A stretch of 64,000 nt of DNA, taken from positions 110,546,001 to 110,610,000 of the forward strand of contig OX597823.1 in assembly GCA_951406725.2 (NCBI GenBank), written 5' to 3'. The notes under the pieces were generated by a model, which saw only the letters and a list, made by a program, of their open reading frames with translations, made no database searches and was not told the DNA's origin. This document shows, in pieces, positions 1 through 14,169 of this stretch; positions within the stretch are counted from its first letter, which is position 1; each line of letters begins with the position of its first letter. The position numbers were made by a program, and so were the translations under genes. This DNA comes from Octopus vulgaris (Eukaryota).

Positions 1-588
1 CTATTTCGTAAATAGGTGGTTTTCATACCTAGCCTCCCACCCCACCCCATCATCACCCACCACTTTACCAAAATTTCTTTTTCACCCTCACTTCCTCCTC
101 TTTCCTTCTTAACTCTTTCTGTCTCTTTTTCTAACGTTACCTTCTAATTCAAGAAACTACCTCCCACCTTCCATTACATATTATTAACTTTCACTATAAT
201 TTATTCCCTCCTCCTCCCCCCCTTTCACTCTTTCTCTCTCTCACTCTCTCTCTCTCTCTTTCAAGTTATTAATATCCCTCCCACCATTTCATTTCATTTC
301 ATTTCGAATGCTTTTTCTCTTTCTCTCTATTTCTATTTCTTTCCTTTTCTCTCTTATTCGAGTTATATCTCTCTCTTTCACTATCATATTTTATTATCCT
401 TCTCTCTCTCTCTCTCTCCCTCTCTCTCCTTGATCTTCTTTCCTCTCTTTCTCACATTCAATTTACATCTATCTCAGCTGTGGATACATTACATTACCTA
501 TCCTTATATCTCTCTTTGTCTATCTCATTTTCTATTCATCTAAGCAAACACACACATACAAAGATGCACAAGCAGACATACACACGTA

Positions 589-756
<168 letters not shown>

Positions 757-757
757 C

Positions 758-917
758 ATGAGCTTCTTTCAGTTTCGTCTACTAAATCCAATTACAAGGC
801 TTTAGTCGGCTGAAGACTATAGTAGAAGATACTTGTCCAAGGTGCCATGCAGTGGGACTGAACCTGGAACCATGGGGTTGGTAAGCAAGCTACTTACCAC
901 GCAGTCACTCCTGCACC
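758..917 (-). mobile_element. SINE family A, tRNA-derived 5' half
   Basis: Minus strand reads ggtgcaggagtgactgcgtggtaagtagc...ggttcagtcccactgc (A/B-box-like); matches copies at 15742 and 51962. Confidence 0.85.
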
Positions 918-952
918 AACATACATATATAAAACATAAATACATACATATG

Positions 953-1070
953 TACTATTCTTATACTTGTTTTAGTCATTTGACTGCGGCCATGCTGGAG
1001 CACCACCTTCAAAATATTTAGTCAAATGAACCAACCCTGGTACTTAAGTTTTTAAGCATGATACTTATTC
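953..1070 (-). mobile_element. SINE family A, 3' fragment
   Basis: agtcatttgactgcggccatgctggagcacc matches the family A tail. Confidence 0.8.
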
Positions 1071-1215
1071 AACTGGTTGGGATAGAACCTGGAACCATGT
1101 GGACAGAAAGCAAACTTCTTATCACACAGCCATACTTGCACAGCCCTGCTTGTGCCTAGATACATATATACACACTCATATATATATATCTGTGTATGTA
1201 TTGTATATGTATTAA

Positions 1216-1246
<31 letters not shown>

Positions 1247-1262
1247 CACACGTATATATATA

Positions 1263-1507
1263 CAGGGTTGGCCAAAAGTCACCTGAGAGTGAATCAAAAC
1301 CCAATTAATTCCAAAATTAAAACACGAAATTATTTTATATGAGACTTCACTAATAAATAGACAAATGTTGAAAAAAAAAAAAAAACGGTGATTTTAACTC
1401 AGAGAATTCTATTATTAAACATTTATAATTGGAATGAATAAATAAAACTGAATATTAAGTATTTACGAAATTTTGATTTACTGTTGAGTAACTTTTTGCC
1501 ATCCTTG
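1263..1507. mobile_element. Tc1/mariner-type MITE
   Basis: Imperfect TIRs of ~38 bp (cagggttggccaaaagtcac...aatcaaaa versus ttttgatt...gtaactttttgccatccttg), TA on both sides, AT-rich non-coding interior. Confidence 0.8.
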
Positions 1508-1540
<33 letters not shown>

Positions 1541-1584
1541 ATAAAGTTATGTTCATATATGTATATGTATAAATACTGTAAATT

Positions 1585-1765
1585 GGTTGGTGTGAAGAAG
1601 GGCATCCACCCATAGAAACCATGCCAAAGTTGATACAAGTTCTTGGTACAACATCACAGTTCAGTGGATCTGGACAAACCATCCAAACCATGGGAAGTGG
1701 ACATTGAACAATGATGATTATGATGATGAGGAGGAAGAAGATGATGATGACAACGACAACGATGA
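1585..1765 (+). mobile_element. SINE family D, degenerate 3' part with (GAT)n tail
   Basis: ggttggtgtgaagaagggcatcc...ggacattgaacaatgatgat resembles the copies at 49588 and 56781. Confidence 0.65.
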
Positions 1766-2251
1766 TCTGATTAACTTTTGACTGCAATTGCCAACGAACT
1801 ACATAGTAAAATTATATGATGTAGTCTGTGAAAATTATTACCTGAATGTCCAAGATTTTCTCAAAGATATAAACCTCTATAAGTGTTTGTACCCTGTTTT
1901 TCTAAAACCAAAAAAATCTATGTTACATCCTAATGCCACAAAATTTGTGCCACAGATGCTGACAAGTGAAGGAAAAGGGAATTGATCCAGGGTCAGTTAA
2001 GAGCATGTTTAGTTCTTCAAATAATGGTAAAAACATTCTGAAAAGTATCATAACATGTGAAGAAATGTCAAAATAAATGCAGGCATTGATATGGTTAGGG
2101 TCATGATGATTGATTCATTCAGAAGTATGGCAACGTGTCACTGAATTTACTGATCTGTTTCTACAAAATTCTTAATGCAGACAATGTATTGTATGCAAGT
2201 GTATTTGGGGGCTGCAAAAGAACATTTATAATGACCACATCAGCAATTAGC

Positions 2252-2553
2252 GGAGGCGCAATGGCCCAGTGGTTAGGGCAGCGGACTCGCAATCAGAGGA
2301 TCGGTGTTTTGATTCCCAGCCTGGGCATTGCGTGTGTTTATTGAGCGAAAACACCTAAAGCTCCACGAGGCTCCGGCAGGGGATGGTAGCGACCCCTGTT
2401 GTACTCTTTCATCCCAACTTTCTCTCAGTCTTTCTTCCTGTTTTTTGAGTAATGTTGCGATGGACAGGCGTCCCGTCCAGATGGTGGGAACACATACGCC
2501 ACAGAAACCAGGAAACCAGGCCCATGAGCGTTTGGCTAGGCTTGAAAAGGGTG
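2252..2553 (+). mobile_element. Chimeric SINE: family B head joined to family C tail
   Basis: 2252-2447 matches B (3003-3367, 40754-41126); 2447-2553 matches the C tail (4041-4145, 37145-37250). Confidence 0.8.
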
Positions 2554-3002
2554 GAAAAAAAAACACCAACAATCTACTATTATAGCAAGCAAAAGCACCA
2601 AGATATACTTTATCAAAAAACACTAATGATACCCTGAGGTGCACATAGTTTTAAAACAATGAATGGCAGGAAACCAAAGCCACCAGGGGGTTCTGATATG
2701 TTCTTACATGTGTGGGGTGTTATATAGTTTAGGGTTTCATGTTATAAAATTATAATTTGTTTATTTATTGTATTTAATATCCAAAACTACATATTTCATA
2801 AATGAAATTTTAAATATGTTTATTGTATAAGATCCTTGCTCTCCTAGCTCCCTTTATTGTTCTATGATTTTGTCTTGTCCTTCCCCATAGTTCTGAAACA
2901 GTAATATTCAGGTATTTTCAATAGTATGGGAAATAAAAACCTTAAATTTAGAAAGTATTGATGCCATTTTTCCTTGTTGTTGTTGCTTTGTTTGTTTGAT
3001 TG

Positions 3003-3367
3003 TTGAGTGAAGTGGTCTTCATCCTGTCTGTAGTAGGAGAAGTCCGGAACGTGGTCCTTTGCTATTCGTAAGACCTGCAGAAAAGAAAGAAGGTCAACCC
3101 CCGACACCGAGAGCATCGATGGATGGATGGATGTGCATCCAGGCTCAGTGGTTGTGTAAGGAAGTCGGGGACAAGAAACAGGAAGAAAGAGTGAGAGAAA
3201 GTTGGGGCGAAAGAGTACAACAGGGGTCGCCACCAACCCCTGCCGGAGCCTCGTGGAGCTTTAGGTTTTTTCGCTCAATAAACACACACAACGCCCGATC
3301 TGGGAATCGAAACCGTGATCCTCCAACCGCGAGTCCGCTGACCTAACCATTGGGCCATTGCGCCTCC
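3003..3367 (-). mobile_element. SINE family B, tRNA-derived, full length
   Basis: Minus strand ggaggcgcaatggcccaatggttagg...ggtttcgattccc (A/B boxes); colinear with 40754-41126. Confidence 0.85.
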
Positions 3368-3823
3368 ACTGCTGTAGCTGCTGTTGTTGTTGTTCTTCAT
3401 GTCGTCTTTAAGGCAGCAGATTGGAAGAATCATTGAAGGAACCAAGAACATTTTGCGTTTTAGTTGTTCTACAGTTTTACCTTGTATGGTCAAAACCAGC
3501 CAAATTCGCCTTAGCTTTTCATTCTTTTAGGTATCAATAAAATAAAATATCAGTCAAATTCTGAGGTTTATGGTATTAACTACCACATTCCCTTCAAAAT
3601 TGCTGACCATGTGCCTAAATTAAACACAATTGTTACCATTGCTTTTGTGATTCTTACAGCTCTTAATTGACAAAATCATTAAAGTCTTTGACAAAATGTC
3701 TTGTTGCATTTGTACTGGTACATTATGATCTGAGTTCAAATCCTGCTGATATCAATATTTTTCCCCATCTCAGATTGATTATATACTCTCCTAGACAGCC
3801 CTCCCACAAACTGCTGGCCTTAA

Positions 3824-4317
3824 CACCTTTGTTATCAACCTGGCTGAAACCCACTCTGGCTCTGTAACACAAATGTTTTGTTTTCATAAGTTTTGAATTA
3901 AAATCTTCCACCAAACCTTAGTCACAATTTATGTTCCTAACACTAGCTGAATGATAACTAAGTTATTTCACTAAATTCTTTGTTATATTTAAAATAATTG
4001 AAAGAAACACAGAGCATCTCAACAGAAATAAATAAATAAATGCACCCTTTTTAAAGCCTAGCCAGGCTCTTGGGCCCGGTTTCCCAGTTTCTATGGTGTA
4101 TGTGTTCCCCAGCTGGATGGGACGCCAGTCCATCGCAGCGTTACTCATTTTTGCCAGCTGAGTGGACTGGAGCAATGTGAAATGAAGTGTTTTACTCAAG
4201 AACACAATGTGTCACTCGGTCCAGGAATTGAAACCACAATTTTACGATCATGGTGCTGACACCCTAACCACTAAGCCCCGCACCTCCACTCTCAAAATAA
4301 ATACAGTAACAAAAAGG
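3824..4317. mobile_element. TTAA-flanked (piggyBac-like) MITE interrupted by a family C SINE
   Basis: TTAA at 3820-3823 and 4318-4321; ends cacctttgttatc / gtaacaaaaagg are imperfect inverted repeats. Confidence 0.65.
4041..4287 (-). mobile_element. SINE family C with target-site duplication
   Basis: Near-identical to 37005-37258; flanked by tctcaacagaaata (4017-4030) and tctcaaaataaata (4290-4303). Confidence 0.85.
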
Positions 4318-5318
4318 TTAAACCTATGTGTCAAACATTATTATAATTGCTGTGTTGTTGATTTGGTGATTATTATTTGTCTAGGTTTTGTTGTTATTGT
4401 TTGCTGTGGATGCATATATTTTCAAAATGCTGTTATTAGAAAATATCTTAGTTAACTTGATGAAAAAACGGTTTTTGTGATATTTTTTCCTGACAAAATC
4501 CTTTGGAGTATTTCACTATCCAAACCTTTAACCATGTCTTGCAAACAACTTGCACATGCAACTGCTACCAGTCAAAAACTCCACATACAGGAAGCCAGGA
4601 AGTGTATCGGGTCATCAGGAGAGAATGCGCACCGTTTCAGGGCCTACCTCTTGATGGCATCAATGCGCACCAGCCCCCATCACTGATATGAGGCCCCCGC
4701 TTGCTAGATCAGCTGGTTATCAAATAAAGCTCAATATTCTTCTAGCCATCACTCATCGTCTCTTTTTAACCAAATCCACTGTGTAAGATTTGTTCTTAAA
4801 CAATATTCTTAAAGAGTTGGCGTATTTTTTGCAAATTATTGATTTGTTGTTTAGTGGCTTCATAGAATCACATCTTAAGAAACACCAGGTGGAACAGGCA
4901 CAAGTTTAAAAGTAGCAATAGAATGTGCCGATGATTAGGAAATATTCGAAAAACACAAAAGATGGTTTAACTATGAAAGTAAATAAGAAGTAATTAAACA
5001 AAAGCACTCAATTATAACTACAAAGGGTTAAGATATCACAAGAGGAGATAACAGAAATTGTGGAATTGGGAAAATGGGTGGCAATGCCAAAGGCATCATT
5101 AACTGGAACAACAGCAATTCAGCCTTCACTAGATATACAAACCCCAAAAAACCATAACATGATATAGAACAATACCAGACAAAATAAGCATGGAAGATCT
5201 AAGTATACTGTGTGTGAGTATATGAGTGTGTGTTAGTATACATATATATATATATATATATATACACATGTCTATATATACATACATATGTATATATGAA
5301 TGTGTATATATATATATG

Positions 5319-5369
<51 letters not shown>

Positions 5370-5373
5370 TATG

Positions 5374-5416
<43 letters not shown>

Positions 5417-5879
5417 ATGTTCGCATGTGTATGTATTGGTGTGTGTGTGTATGTGCACACATGCACATACTAAAATATAATCAGGAATACAGATAACTAT
5501 AATGCATTAAGCAATGTAATACATATTTTATTTTATGTTTGTGTATATGATCATGTATATGTTTTATGTGTGTGCCTATGTTTGTGTAAATAACTGTACA
5601 TAAAATATGTATTACATCTCTTATTACAATATATATAATATGTATAGGTATATATGCAAAAAAAGAAAAAAAATGAAACCCAATTCATATATTTTTCCAG
5701 ATATACACGCACAAATTTGTAGCATATAAAAGTGTAAACACATAACTCTGCACATCTACATATGCATAGAAAATATGCACACACATCATAAAATACATGT
5801 ACATATGTGTACATATAAAAGTGCATATGTCTTTGTATATACATACATACTTATATATATATATATATGTATGTATATA

Positions 5880-5934
<55 letters not shown>

Positions 5935-6775
5935 ATGAAGATACAGGGAAATACATAATACGTAGAACAACAAAGCTACATATTGCATTATTAAGGAGGG
6001 ATATTAGCTGTGATATAGAGAAAAGTGTATATAATAGAGTAATATATCATTGTTTGGAATCAGATTACCAGAAATGAACTATATATACACATGCACACAC
6101 ACACACACATATATATTTATATATATATATATAAGTTTTTACGCGCACACACACATAGATATATATATATATGTACCCATAATACAAACATACACACACA
6201 TATGTATACGTGTGTGTGAGTATGTTATGTAGGTACATATATTTATATACATATGTGTATATATACATCTATACATACAAATATTATGCATATAATTAGG
6301 TGTGCAGTGTTTGGAGGTGGGTGGGAAGGCTTTATAAGGGAATGTTTTTACATGGACTTGTTCCATACTGCAAACCCAATTGTATACAGCAGTAAATAAT
6401 TGCCTTATCAATGTTGTTTTTGGTCTATCATGTATTTAAACAATAACATTATGGAATGATGGGACAGAACGTGCTGAGGAGTGGAGATGGGAAGCAAAAA
6501 AAAAAAAATGTGTGGAGGGGGGGGGGGGCCGTGTCATATGGCGAAGCAGAGAGAAATGGGTGAGGTGAGAGTGAGAGTGAGATCCTGTACAGAACAAACT
6601 GACAGCACCACCACCATCACCACTAACAACAACACCAGAACCATCTTCTGTACCTCCGCAACCAATCAACATGACCATTCGGAATGAGCGGAAATAAATA
6701 CTGTTGTCATACACATGTTTACTCACTGATACTTGCTAAGTATGTATGCGCATGTGTGTATACATACATACACAC

Positions 6776-6846
<71 letters not shown>

Positions 6847-6850
6847 TGTT

Positions 6851-6909
<59 letters not shown>

Positions 6910-6918
6910 CATCATCAT

Positions 6919-6974
<56 letters not shown>

Positions 6975-6989
6975 ATATATATAGATGTC

Positions 6990-7022
<33 letters not shown>

Positions 7023-7530
7023 ATATATATATATGTATATATATATACATCTATATATATGTATGTGTGTATATATGTATATGTATATATGAATTTATAT
7101 ATATATGTATATTTAAGTATACATATATATATACATATATGCATACACACACATGTATATATGTATGTATATACCCACACACAAACACACACGTACATAT
7201 AAATATATGTTTAAGAGGCTGAAAGGAAGAGAGATGAACGTGTGCGTATACATGTACATATGTATGTATGTATGTATGTATACAATTATGCACAAAAGTA
7301 ATTACCAGTAAAATACACACCACAAATACACGAATGTATATGTTCACGTCCACTTCTACATACATATTCAGAAGTAAGACAAAAATTATATGATTCTACA
7401 TGCATATAAAAAGGTGTTTGTTAGGGGTATTTATATCTGCATTTATATATGTTGTGCGATTGAATAATCCTTTAAAGTTTGTGTGACTGGATCCAAAATG
7501 TCCACAGATCAATGTACAACAAACAAACAA

Positions 7531-7597
<67 letters not shown>

Positions 7598-7657
7598 CAT
7601 ATATGCATTCATATATATATAGAGATATATACATATATATGTATACATATATGTATG

Positions 7658-7700
<43 letters not shown>

Positions 7701-7849
7701 GCATATGTGTGTGTATACATATTTATATACATGTTTATGTACATGCATACATACATATACCTATATGTATATATACATTTATATATATATGTGTGTGTGT
7801 ATGTATGTATATGTTCTCACATACGTCTCTATATAAACACATGCATATT

Positions 7850-7890
<41 letters not shown>

Positions 7891-8336
7891 GCACACATAT
7901 ATATATATACATACATATATATATAAATGCATATGTGTTCTTAGATATAAAAGTGTGTACTTATATGTATACAATTACATACATGTATATATGTGCAAGT
8001 GTGTATATATATATATATATATATATGTATTTATGCAAACACTCATGTATATGCATAAATATTTGTGTATATATACATATATGTGTCTATGTGCATGTGT
8101 TCATGCACGTGCATGATGTGTCTGTTTATATGTACATGTGCACTGCATCCCATTTCTGGTTGTGCTGCTGTACTAGCTGACTGTCAACCAATGAAGTATC
8201 CATTCATAATATGTCATCCCCACATTTCTGTGGCCCCACCCATCCACCAAATACCTCAACTGCTAATGACCCAGTCCACCTACTTATGAATACATTACAT
8301 TCAGTTGGAACTTATATTCCACCTTTACATTTTTTA

Positions 8337-8729
8337 ACTTGTTTCAGTCATTAGAATATGGCCATGCTGGGGCAACACCTTGAGGAATTCTACTTGAACT
8401 CATCAACTCCAGTATTTTTTTTTTTTTGTTTTGTAAACCTGGCACCTATTCTATCTGTCTCTTTGCTGAATCAATAAGTTACAGGGATGTAAACATACCA
8501 ACACTGGTTTTCAAGCAGTGGTGGAGACAAACACAAAGACATACACATATAGATATACTGAGATATAAAGGGCTTCTTTCAGTTTCCGTCTACCATATCC
8601 CTTCACAAGGCTTTGATCAGCCCAATGCTATAGTTGAAGACACTTGCTCAAGATGCCGTATGGTGAGAATGAACCTGGAAGCATGTGGTTGGAAAGCGAA
8701 CATCCTACCACAACAGCCATGCCGGCACC
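8337..8729 (-). mobile_element. SINE family A, diverged full-length copy
   Basis: Tail, middle and head blocks colinear with 18406-18853. Confidence 0.8.
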
Positions 8730-8979
8730 TGTGAGTTTTTTTTAAAACTAACTTGCAAAAAAAATTTAAACTTGTATTGTTTGTTTGTAATTAGTGTTTA
8801 CACAACTGACAATCCACCCATGACAAAATATTCTATTCATCACTCAATGACTGACATTCCTTTTGATAACTATCTTATTTAATGTGTCTTTTCTTCACAG
8901 AGACACCAGGGCAATACTTTGTGGAAATTTGTCTGCTATTTCTTTCAGTTTAAGCAATCATATAGTCCAGCCTTGGTGT

Positions 8980-9127
8980 GAAGTGCTGTGGCCTAGTGGT
9001 TATGGTGTTTGGCTTGTAATCACAAGCATAAGTTAATGGGTTCAATTCCTGAAGTGAATTGTATGTTGTATCTATGAGCAAAACACTTCATTTCACACTC
9101 CTCCAAACTACTCTGCAGCAAATGAGT
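8980..9127 (+). mobile_element. SINE family C, degenerate 5' part
   Basis: gtggcctagtggtta...gggttcaattcct...gagcaaaacacttcatttcac. Confidence 0.7.
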
Positions 9128-9300
9128 GCTAACCCCAACGCTTTTACATCCACCATCCCACCCAGCTATCACATTATTGAAGATCCCTTTGGTCAAAGTG
9201 CAGGAAGACCAACAGGGCATATTTACTTAAGACATGCTACCATACCTAATTCGTTTGTGAGTGATGGATGGTTGGACTGTATACTTTAGTCTTGATGTTA

Positions 9301-10268
9301 CAAGGTGGTATCAAACAGTTCTCAGACTAGTTCTGAAGAACACCGACAAATGGCAGTACACAGAGGTGTGCACAGTGCAAGCTAGCAGTGACCTTCATGA
9401 GACACAGAGACCTTCAGAGTGACACAGTGTGCTGTGATTATTTTGCAAGTTTTTAAGCTTTCACTTTTGGGCTCATGCGTATTTTGTAGTCTGTGACTTT
9501 TATTATGAACAGGAAGTTGGAACGAGAGTCAATGTGAAATTTTGCATCAAATTTGGGAAGTCTGCAACAGGGACATTACGTATACTTCAACAAAGCTTAC
9601 GGCGTTCAGGCACTGGGCTGTATGCAATGTTTCAAATGGCATGGTTACATCAAAATTAGAAGAACATCCCTGGAAGATGATGAGCGATCTGGAAGACCTA
9701 CTATCAGCATCACCCCTGGAAACGTGGAGAAAATTCATATCATTCTCGTCAGAGGATAATCTAGGACATTGCTGATGGTATTGTATGGGTCTGTGCAGGC
9801 AATTCTAACGTTTGGATTTTTCACAAAAACCATGCACCCTGTCACCGAGCTCTCTTCCCTTGTGAGTTTCTCACCAAAAACAACATGGTATTGGATCTGT
9901 ACGCATTCTATTCGTCAGATTTAGACCTGAAAAACTTTAAAACTTGTAAAGTAATCACAGCACACTGTGTCACTCTGAAAGTCTCATGAAGGTCACTGTG
10001 TCTCATGAAGGTCACTGCTAGCTTGCACTGTAAACACCATAGCATCCCAAGATGAAAATACAGCTCAAAAGTCACCGCTTTAACACTGTTGTTAAGATCA
10101 AGAGTGAACCACAAAGGGTCCTCGACTCACTTACAGGAAAAAACTTCCAGACTGGATTCCATAAGTGGCAGGAATGCTGGGACCAGTGTATTGTTGCACA
10201 AGGTGACTATTTCAAAGGAGATAATGTTAAACTTAGGTAAATAAATGGGTATTTTTGATACCACCTCG
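9301..10268 (+). mobile_element. Internally deleted mariner element with transposase pseudogene
   Basis: TIRs caaggtggtatcaaa / tttgataccacctcg with TA / CA flanks. Frameshifted translation gives RVNVKFCIKFGKSAT...SLEDDERSGRP (mariner HTH), NHAPCHRAL...YSSDLD (DNAP.H / YSPDLAP-like) and WQECWDQCIVAQGDYF (C-terminus). Confidence 0.92.
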
Positions 10269-10725
10269 CATTTTCTTTGACTCAAGGTCTATCCTAAACC
10301 AACTGACCAATAATCAAATGTTATCCATGATTTTCTCATTCTTTTTAATACTTAAAATATCAAGAAAGATATAAACCAGTGTATCTCATATTTTATTACA
10401 CAGTAAGTTGTAATCTGAGGCAAAATTATCTTCTATTTCAAGACAGTCAAGGGATTAAACAGACGTGTACTCTCTTCTTGTAAAGCACGAGAAATGTATT
10501 TTTGTTACTCTTTGACAAACTTATTTCTAATGCTTCAACAATGATATCATTGGAGACTTCCACCCTACAGCAAGTTCAAGAGTACTTGAAGAACAGTAGC
10601 ATCACTGGGGACATATGGGATTCGAAGACCAAAATCACAGCAAAGAAAAGGTGGTTAATACCAACACACATACATACACTGCTGCATCTGTACATACAAA
10701 TATATATGTGCATATACATGTGTGC

Positions 10726-10805
<80 letters not shown>

Positions 10806-10865
10806 GTGTATGTATGTATATACATACATATATATACATGTATATGTGTATTTATATATATATAA

Positions 10866-10955
<90 letters not shown>

Positions 10956-10969
10956 TCAGGGAGGCACAG

Positions 10970-11053
10970 ATAGATAGACAAATAGATAGGCAGATTGATG
11001 GATAGATAGATAGATAGACATGGATAGATAGACAGACAGACAGATAGATAGAC

Positions 11054-11133
<80 letters not shown>
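10970..11133. repeat. (GATA)n microsatellite
   Basis: Direct reading. Confidence 0.95.
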
Positions 11134-11637
11134 GAACATTGACTGGATAGTCAGTTATATTCCAACAAATAGTTTCCAAATATCATTGATATCTCTTTTG
11201 ATTAATATTGCTTTTATTCACGTTTGAGTGTATACATGTATATATGTATGTGTCCGTGTGTGTGTGTGCATGTGTGTGTGTGTGCATGTGTTTGTGCGTG
11301 CATGTGTGTGTATTAAACATAGCCAAACCTACACTAAAACACTTAGAGATAAATAAAAACTCCAGCAGAATCATTGTAATTATTTATAAAGAAAGAGCAT
11401 TAGTACAATATATCAAAGTTAAACTCACCATAAATATTGATGGTTTGAGGAGAAAAAATGTTCTATCCACAACACACCTGGGGATTAAATTTACACCTCT
11501 TCATTTAAACAACCACCACAATCATACACACTCAGGTACACATAGATACCCAAAAGGACTTATATTTACACATATGTATGTATGGATATGATAAATAAGC
11601 ACATATATATATATATAGACATACATGTATAGGCATG

Positions 11638-11700
<63 letters not shown>

Positions 11701-11754
11701 TACATATATATATATATGTATTTCATACACTATATATGAATATTTATATATGTC

Positions 11755-12157
11755 CTTTCTTTTATTTGCATTAGTCATTTGAGTGCAGCCATGCTGGGCA
11801 CTTCCTTTTTAGTCAAACAATTAAACTCCAGGATTTATTCTTTGTAGGCCTAGTACTTATTCTAGCGGTCTCTTTTCTCGAACTGCTAAGGTACTAGGAC
11901 ATAAACACAGCAACATCAGTTGTCAAGCGATGGTGTTGGTGGTGGTGGTGGGAACGAACGCAGACACACAAACATATAGAATACATATATATATATATAC
12001 ACCAGGCTTCTTTCAGTTTCCATCTATCATTCCACTGACAAGGCTTCGGTCAGCATGAGGCTATAGAAGAAGACACTTGCCCAAGGTGTCACACAATGGG
12101 ACTGAACCAGGAACCATGTGGTTGGCCAATAAGCTACCACACAGCCACTCCTGTGCC
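11755..12157 (-). mobile_element. SINE family A
   Basis: Colinear with the other A copies. Confidence 0.82.
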
Positions 12158-12646
12158 TATATATATATTATACATATACATATATATATATATACATACA
12201 TACATATATATACATATATATATGAATATATATATATGTATATATATAAATATGTATATGTATTAATATGTTTATATATTATATATATATATATATATAT
12301 AACATTCATGCACACTGACATGCATACACACATGCATTCACATACACACACACTTGCACACAAATGATCACACACACACACACACACGCGCACGCACGCA
12401 CGCACGCACGCAAAGCACTTACTTTTGAAACTTTATTACTTCATTGTTCATTCAACCTTTATGGACCTTAAAACAATCGAACGACCTATAACAACAACAA
12501 CAGCAACAGCAACAACAACAAACCACCACCACCACCACCACCACCAGATGGCACTGTGTTTTCCCTATATCATTTTCATTTGCTGTTGCTGTAACTGTTT
12601 TAATATCACTATAGTTTGTCATTGCATTTTTAGTTGCTATTGCAGC

Positions 12647-12678
<32 letters not shown>

Positions 12679-12911
12679 TCTATATTTCAGTTATTGACCA
12701 TTTCAATGGACTTCATGCGGCATCACTCTGCTTAATTTTATTTGATTTTGTTTTTGATGTGATTCTCTTTTGCTTTGCATTTCTTGTTCCGGCCGAGTCT
12801 TGGGATTTCTGCAGTGGAGACACTTTGGAAAAGGTGGCATACTGATAAATGCAATGAATCATGCCGAAATGACGCCAACTAGAACTGCAACATACGTTTG
12901 TGATCTCTTTG

Positions 12912-12953
<42 letters not shown>

Positions 12954-13171
12954 TGTGTGTGGAGATGTGTATATTCAACATGCTTAAATAAGCATGCTGA
13001 TAAATACATGTCTATGAATGTGTGTGCACATACACACACACACACACACACACATACACACACACACACACAAACATACACACATATACATATATAATTT
13101 TATATATATTTATACAGAGGGACACACAGGCAGACAGACAGATAGATAGATAGATAGATAGAAAGGTAGAT

Positions 13172-13219
<48 letters not shown>

Positions 13220-13427
13220 TTATAATTATATTATTATTATCTCTCTCTCTCTCTATATATATATGTATTTATATATATGTATATATGTGTGTGTGTGTGT
13301 GTGTATATATGCATACACACACATCTATACATATATATATATATGTGTGTATATAACACACACACTTTATATGCAGAGGCATATTTCCATATCCATTAAC
13401 AATATTCTATGGTTTTCCAACTATATA

Positions 13428-13830
13428 AGCACAGGCAAAACTGCTTAAAAAGCTGGCTTTGCAACAATAGGGTTTCAGGTTCAGCCCCACTGTGCAGCAC
13501 CGTGGCCAAGCATCTTCTACTACAGACCTGAGCTGACCAATGACTTGTCGGTGAATTTGGGATTCAGAAACTATGTGGAATCTTGTTCTAAATATGTGTG
13601 TGTGTCTTGTGCCTGTGAAATTCATTCCACACCATTTGACAACCAGTGTTGGTTTGTTTGCAGCCCTGTTAGATAAATGTGTCTAACGGAATAAGTATCG
13701 GACCACCAGACTTGCAAAAAAAAAAAAAACAATAAGTCCTGAGTGTTGATTTGTTCAGATAAAACGCTTCAAGGCAGTGCTCCAGCATGGCAGTAGTCCA
13801 ATGACTGAAACAAGTAAAAGATAAAAGATA
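13428..13830 (+). mobile_element. SINE family A, diverged
   Basis: ggttcagccccactgtgcagcacc...gtgctccagcatggc...atgactgaaacaagtaaaag. Confidence 0.8.
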
Positions 13831-13947
13831 TTTCCTGTGAGTGCATTGAGAATGAAAGGTATGTGTGTGTGTGTGTAAGTGTGTGTGTGTGTGTATATAT
13901 ATAGCCACTACACACATTTGTTTCTCTCCTTGTTTCTTTCCGTGTCC

Positions 13948-13983
13948 CTTTCTGTAGAAGAGCATAGGCTCGAAACGTAAAAG
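13948..13983 (+). ncRNA. Minimal type I hammerhead-like motif with variant core
   Basis: cttt-CTGTAGA-a-gagc(atag)gctc-GAAA-c-GTA-aaag: stem I cttt/aaag, perfect stem II; core CUGUAGA instead of CUGANGA. Confidence 0.6.
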
Positions 13984-14072
13984 ACTTTTTCAATTCCCGA
14001 GCATTATACTAATACATCTGTTTGTTTTCTACACCACTTGTCTTCATCTTTCGTTTTTTTCATGAATTCTTC

Positions 14073-14169
<97 letters not shown>

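Noticed and set aside
4644-4684. Minus-strand gTGATGg-gggc...gccct-GAAAC hammerhead-like string
   Set aside because: Two core mismatches, no UH triplet and no stem I.
6727-6735. Possible 9-nt minus-strand microexon (ag|CAAGTATCA|gtgagt)
   Set aside because: No polypyrimidine tract and no host gene identified; expected by chance. Junction reads would be needed.
10571-10650. Possible 80-nt exon (ctacag|...aag|gtggtt)
   Set aside because: Weak donor and no recognisable protein similarity.
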